From NCBI GenBank assembly GCA_964016885.1, contig OZ024746.1, positions 12,462,001-12,526,000 of the forward strand: a stretch of DNA of 64,000 nt. The letters are read 5' to 3'. The number at the start of each line of letters is the position of its first letter. Within the stretch, counting starts at the first letter, position 1. Below the pieces are notes generated by a model. It had not been told where the DNA came from, made no database searches, and worked only from the letters and a program-made list of their open reading frames with translations. Below are positions 57,527 to 64,000 of this stretch, one piece after another. The position numbers and the translations under genes are program-made. This stretch comes from Eledone cirrhosa (taxonomy: Eukaryota).

Positions 57527-58097
57527 CATATATACATACATACATACACATACATACACACATACCCACATACATATACATACATACATACACACATACA
57601 CACATACATATTCATACATACACACATACATACACACATACACACATACACATACATATTCATACATACACACATACACACATACATACACATACACATA
57701 CACACATACAAACACACACACACATACACACATACATATACATACATACACACATACACACATACATACACATACACACACACATACACGCGCGTGCTTT
57801 CATTTCCTTTTATCTGTCTTCAATCAATTGTTGCTGACACAGTAAATAGAGTGATAGAGAGAGACAGAGAGAGGAAGAGAGAGAGAGAGAGAGAGAGAGA
57901 GATACAGAGAGAAAGAGAGAGAGAATGAGTATGACAGAGTTAATAAGGTTAGAAAAGAGATAGACATGTCAGTATTTTAACACACACACACACACATACA
58001 CACACACACACACATACAAACAGATACACACACACACACATACATACATACATACATACACACATACACATGCATACACACACGCACACACATACAT

Positions 58098-58130
<33 letters not shown>

Positions 58131-58181
58131 TGCATACATACACACACACATACATACACATGCATCCACACACACACACAC

Positions 58182-58214
<33 letters not shown>

Positions 58215-58339
58215 TGCATACACACACACACACACACACACATACATACACACACACACACTCTCAAGCGCACATATACACACAAGCACACACATAGACG
58301 CGCGGGCCCCCACACATTCACAGATAAATACATAGATAG

Positions 58340-59215
58340 ATAGATTTCTTTATTAGCCACAAGGGCGCACAAGAAAAGGGGACAATACAAAGAAAGATAG
58401 ATATATAGATAAATAGATATGTTTCTTTATTAGCCACAGGGGCACAAAAGAAGGGGACAAATACAAAGGGGGAAGTTTACATACAATAAAAACGTGTAAA
58501 ATGTTATCACAAATGCAATTTAAAAAATTAGTCGATTTTCCCCAATAGGGGGAGACATTACATATGGGTAACACATACCCCCGAAAAAAATGTGAAACCC
58601 TCATCTCCAGGAGTACGAAGAGTTTGTACTCCTTTCCTCTCCTCCTCCTTTTCCTCAACCTACAGGCTGATATAGAAAGAAGGCCCATTCACTCGGGCCA
58701 TTCTCGCCACTTTCACCCACCTTTCATAAAACTTGCTGGGGTACAGCACCTCTTTCTCCATCCTGATTCTTCTTCCAAAGTGGTATTTGAAAAAAAGAAT
58801 CAGATAGATAAATAGATAGATAGATTTCTTTATTAGCCACAAGGGCGTACAAGAAAGCGGGACAATACAAAGACATGCCGGGGATTTTACATGCAGTCGT
58901 GTAAAAAATATAAAAACAAACAATTACAACAATCGAAATCCCCAATAGGGGGGAGGCGCCACAAATGGGTTGTTTAATACCCCGTCGATAGAACAACCCT
59001 CAACTCCAGGAGCGTGTTGTGCAAGTGCTCCTTTCTTCCTTTTGCTCTCTTCCTCAACCTACAGGCTTATAAACAGAGAAGGCCCAATCAGATAGATAAG
59101 TTTCTTTTATTTGCCACTAGGGCATCAAAAGTGGGACAAGTACAAAGGGGGGAGTTTACACAAAAAGGCGTCCTCAATAAGGAGGAGGCAATAACAAAAT
59201 ATAAAAGGCCCAATC
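58340..59215 (-). mobile_element. Four tandem truncated Tx1-like 3' ends separated by (GATA)n
   Basis: FFKYHFGRRIRMEKEVLYPSKFYERWVKVARMARVNGP matches the end of ORF 18984-20174. The 3' end (tttctttattagccac on +) recurs near 58344, 58422, 58824 and 59101. Confidence 0.85.
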
Positions 59216-59729
59216 AGATAGATAGATAGATAGAAAGATAGGTTTATTCAATAATTTCAGTAACTTTCCAGCACTCAATACTAAGTCAGAGCGTATAAAT
59301 TCAGCATAACAAGGCCAAGTTTCACACTCGTGTTTTTATTGATTATCGAACTGTTACGTACGTTTCACAGGTGATTGGCTAAAGACCCATATTTGTGTAA
59401 GATACTCCAGCATAACTCTGCACATCAGGCGTGTTAATCAAACTAAAAACACAATTTCATACATATATACCAAGACAAGAGAAAAAAAATGGGGGAAACG
59501 GACAGTCTCTTCTCTTCAGTTAAATTGTGGAAATCCTTATAGTTTCGATGCATTAAAATTAAGATTATTCATTCTAATGCACACGGGACGATAATAGAAC
59601 AAAACAAAGAGACCCGACAAATTGTGTTTTTCAACGAATTACACAAGTAAAGCAAAAACAAGACTACAAACCAATATGCTTCAACTGAAAAGGAAGTCAT
59701 AAAAACACGGTACACAATAGCTTAACCAA

Positions 59730-59799
<70 letters not shown>

Positions 59800-59870
59800 A
59801 TACTTTGGGAGGGTCATGAAAAGAAGATATATATATATATATATATATATTTATTAAAATAACAGATTAA

Positions 59871-59921
59871 AGTTTAAGCAAAGAATCGCTGCTTTCACCC
59901 TTAACGGGATCTTCTGAAACT
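59871..59921 (-). ncRNA. Type I HHR-like motif with a CAGAAGA core (family G, element about 59850-60205)
   Basis: agttt-CAGAAGA-t-ccc-gttaa-ggg-t-GAA-AGCA..TGCT-T-aaact. Confidence 0.6.
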
Positions 59922-60224
59922 AACAAAGTCAATCTGTAAACGCAGAACTGGATATTTCAAAAAACGTTGCAACCGGAGGAAGGCAGGAAGACGATACTTT
60001 GGTTCGTGGTAACGTTCGCTGGCAAAGAACGGGAAAAAACGAATAATACGTCATTAATAGGAGCGGTGAAAAACAATTACGCGCAAAGACAAAACCACGT
60101 TTATGGTATAAAAGAGGTCGTAGACTAATGTTCTCTTCGGTGGTGCATAGAGACGTTCTCTGGCAATGAACGAAAAAACGAAGATAATAAGTCATTATTA
60201 TTACTATATATATATATATATATA

Positions 60225-62425
60225 CTAGCAGTTTAGCACGGCGTTGCTCGTGTTTGTTCATTTGCTATGAAAAGTTACATACAGGTAAACGTAGCTTGAA
60301 AGCGCATAAGTGAATAAAGCGGTTGAACCGGTTATTAAAAGTTACGAACCAATTAGCATTTGGGACAATCAATGATGGGTTCATAATCTTCCAATAGCGA
60401 ATTTAGTAGACCAAAGTTGCAAGATGGTGGCCCTGATGCCGCTGGGTGTCAGATCTGTCCGCTATGGGTGACCCTACCAGTTTTCCAGACGGCATAGCTC
60501 CAACACCTGCACCAACATCTATAGCACCTCTTTGTAGACGATATTGCATGTCATCCCTTGAGGAGTGTAAGCAAAAAGTCCATTCCTGCTCCCTATGCGG
60601 GAACAGGTAACAAAGTTGGCCATGGGAGAAGCATGGCTCCCCCAAATGGATGCCCGCCACCGACAATGTTTGCCCCTGTGACTTGTTAATGGACATGGCA
60701 AAACATGGTCTCACCGGGAATTGGGATCGCCAGAAATCGAACGGAATATCTGACGCCGAGGGGAAAAGGTTCATCCTTGGAATGAAAACATTCTCCCCTC
60801 TCCCGCACCCCGTTACAATGGTGGCCTCAATCAAGTGGGGCGCCAGTGACTTGACGACCATGCGAGTACCGTTGCACTGCTTTGGTGGACGCAAGTTCCT
60901 TATTAGCATAATGGGACAGCCAACCCTAAGCTTAAGAATGTGAGGTGGGAGCCCTGGGGGCTCAAGGGAATTTAATAACTATGCCGCCCTTGTTATCCGC
61001 AGGGACCTTGCCCTCACCAAGTGCTAAAATATTCTGAGCAAATGCTGCAGACATGTTGTCACCATGCAAATGAGCACGCATATTTGTGCTCAGGTACAAA
61101 CTCTTCACCTGGAGCCACAACATGGACGACTTAAGACAGGCACGCACTTCATCAGCTCTTGTCCCTTTGGGGATGACAGGCAGCGTTTGCCGAAAAAGCC
61201 CTGATAGCAGAAGGGTTACGCCACCCATAGGAGCCGTAGAATCCCTAATGTCTTTCAGGGTCCTGTCCAATGCCTCAAGGGCACCCATTGTACACTCATC
61301 CCAAACAATGAGGCAACATTTTTTGAGAACCAGAGCTTCATTTGAACTCTTGCTGATATTGCATGTTGGTGACTCAGTTTTTTCTAAATCCAAGGGGAGT
61401 TTAAAGGTTGAATGTGCTGTCCTGCCTCCCGGCAGCAAAGTAGCAGCGATCCCGGACGATGCAACGGCCAACGCAATTGTTTTCTCCTGGAGAATCTTAG
61501 CGAGAATCAATTTCGTTACATAAGTTTTTCCGGTACCCCCAGGAGCATCGAGAAAATAAATACCCCCAGTCTGATTTTGAACCGCGTCAATGATAGTTAA
61601 ATAGGCTAACCTTTGGTCCGACAGAAGTTTGGGCTCATTTTCCTCTAAGTATTGGGAAAGAGATTCGATGTAATATGCTGTTTCCCCCAACAAATCCGGG
61701 GCCAAGGTGTTAGCTTCCTTTCTGACGGTTGACGGTAAGCCATACGTCACCAACTAACTCCCACCCATGTCGAGGAGGGCGTCCTCGATATCAATGAGTG
61801 CCCTGTTGTAGATAATGTCGCTGTAACCAACTTCCACTGAAGTATACTGCAGATGAACCAGGCGCAGGAAGTCCTCAGAGATGAAGTCTCTGTACTTGAC
61901 CTATAAAGATTTGGGATCACCCAATTCACACTTTTGAAGCAAAATGATAGAGTTCCCGTAGACCTTTAGGTGATTTCAACAAAGCACCCTCTGCTAAAGT
62001 GGAATCCCATTGCGAATCATCTTCCAAAAGACCACGCTTAAAGCAGGCTTCCCGGTACGTATCACACATTTCTCCATCAACAGTTTTGAGGTCCTGAAAA
62101 CTTTGTGGGCCTACAACTTCATGCAGAAGAAGGCGGAGATGAAAGCACTCATGCTGACTTGGGGGCACAGTGTAAATGCCCGTCAAATAATAGGTCAAAC
62201 CTGTAAGCCAAGCTTGTCTGAGTTATAGCACAACAGAGCGTAAATAGGGGCGTTATTTTGGAGCACACTGGAAAATAAATCATCGAAATCGGACGTTCGT
62301 TAAAAAAGTTTTCTCATTAATTTTTTGTCTCATATTGAGAAAAACAAAGAAATAAAATTACAAAAAGGACAACAATAAAATATAATGTCTTTGTTGAGAA
62401 TCATAAATGCTTAAGCATCGTTATT
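60225..62425 (-). mobile_element. Helitron remnant with a frameshifted Pif1-like helicase and an intact 3' end
   Basis: FHLRLLL, LLEDD..W, FLDAPGGTGKT, GGRTAHS, IVWDEC, FRQTLPV, CNGTR and QFPVRPCFAMSINKSQGQT. The 3' hairpin cacg-agcaacgc-cgtg is followed by CTAG|t at 60225. Confidence 0.92.
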
Positions 62426-62462
62426 TATGCAGGTAATAGAGCATATATATATATATATATAT

Positions 62463-62511
<49 letters not shown>

Positions 62512-62549
62512 AAAGGTAAACAGAAATAACAACACAATCGTTATCTCTA

Positions 62550-64000
62550 TCTCTATATATATAAAACGGTAGATGTCTGTCTGTGTGTGTGTATGATTTT
62601 TATGCATTTCCACATTTCTCTACCGATTGATAATTTATTTTCCAATCTTCTTCAAATTTACAAGGGCAGGTCAACGCGTAATTATTTTTGCCAAAAATTT
62701 CCTGCTTCTATGAAAAATAATCGATAAAACTAAATATATGCTGTAACCTTCTCTCTTAGACGCTTCATTCCTCTCTCTTACACGCTTCATTCCTCTCACT
62801 ACTACCATCAAAAATGTATGAAACTACATACATGTTGCAACTCTCTTTAAAAGGTTCATCCTTTCCTCTACTCCACTCTCAATCTCCTCTGCAACTCTCT
62901 TTAAAAGGTTCACAACTCCTTCTACTCACCCCTCAATCTCCTCTGCAACTCTCTTCAAAAGGTTACTGCCTCCGTCTACTACCCTATCACCATTACAATT
63001 TAGAACAACGACAAAACTTCTTTTGAAGGAACGCGACACAAACTTTGAAACCTAAGCAACACAACAACCATAGCTTTACTCTCTCCATCGCTCTTTCCTC
63101 TCTCTACAATAGATTATTCCCCCTCTCTATAATTTAACTGCTTTACTCTCTTCATGCTTCGAGGTTTAACACTAGCTTCACTCTCTCCGTCGCTCTTCTC
63201 TCTCTATATAATAGATAATTGCCCCTCTTCGTGCGGGAACGCGAAAAAAACTTTGATAACTAAGCAACACATCATTTTATACAACAACAAACAGTCATAA
63301 CGACACTCAATACATCAAATATCAAAATTTAAAAAGCCGATAACACTAAATACATACTGCTCTCTCAACGTTACATTTTACACACTTACATTTTACATCA
63401 AATAACAAATATTCAAAAGCAACAGATGAATTTATAAAACAACAAACGTAACAATAACAATGCTTAAGCATTTATGATTCTCAACAAAGACATTATATTT
63501 TATTGTTGTCCTTTTTGTAATATTCTTTCTTTGTTTTTCTCAATATGAGACAAAAAATTAATGAGAAAACTTTTTTCACGGGATTCTATTCAAAGTCAGG
63601 ACAATTATTGCCTTTGGTCAGAAGGTGACGAAATAAAAAAATTTCAAATCAATCAACAATAATGGCAAAAATCGATCATGATCATTCCCCCTCTCTATAA
63701 TTTAACTGCTTTACTCTCTCTGTCGCTCTTCACTCCCTATATGACAACACTGAAGAGAGAGAAACAATGTATATAATCAAATGGAGTGTTCCGTATATTC
63801 CCCTTCTCTATAATTTAACTGCTTTACTCTCTCTGTCGCTCTTCACTCCCTATATGACAACACTGCAATGGAGCGTCCCGTATTGAGCATTCCGTATTGA
63901 CATACAGCTTATCTGGGGCATTTTCAATCGGCCTATTGCAAATAACAACCCGCAAAATAACACTTCATATAACAGATTAATGCTATAGACATATGAATCG
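62550..64000 (+). mobile_element. Probable 5' portion of another Helitron, running off the window
   Basis: The start a|TCtctatatatataaaac..gtctgtctgt resembles the one at 24542. 63453-63576 is an inverted homolog of 62302-62425. Confidence 0.6.

Noticed and set aside
59255-59300. GAAAGTTA with a preceding hairpin on the minus strand
   Set aside because: No CTGANGA and no matching stem I.

Overview
This is an AT-rich eukaryotic intronic or intergenic region, saturated with microsatellites and repeats. It is probably cephalopod (Octopus-like), inferred from the dominant tRNA-derived SINE. I found no confident host gene, only two weak exon candidates. Most ORFs in the supplied track are microsatellite artefacts. 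Real coding remnants are a deleted mariner transposase, Tx1-like and RTE-like LINE fragments, a Penelope-like (PLE) reverse transcriptase, an RLE-endonuclease (R4/Dong-like) LINE and a Helitron Pif1-type helicase. There is also one complete non-autonomous Helitron. The main hidden signal is a dense set of short PLE-terminus-like elements from about 10 unrelated families, sitting in (TA)n tracts. Many are near-perfect foldback palindromes, and many carry hammerhead ribozyme (HHR) motifs. One family (22.1, 24.5, 31.3 and partly 51.9 kb) has the hammerhead strands in a non-circularly permuted, pseudoknotted order, supported by compensatory base changes between copies. Three retroelement classes appear to partition microsatellite targets: PLE in (TA)n, Tx1-like in (GATA)n and the RLE LINE in (CATA)n. 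All folds and coordinates were read by eye, and none has been tested computationally or experimentally.
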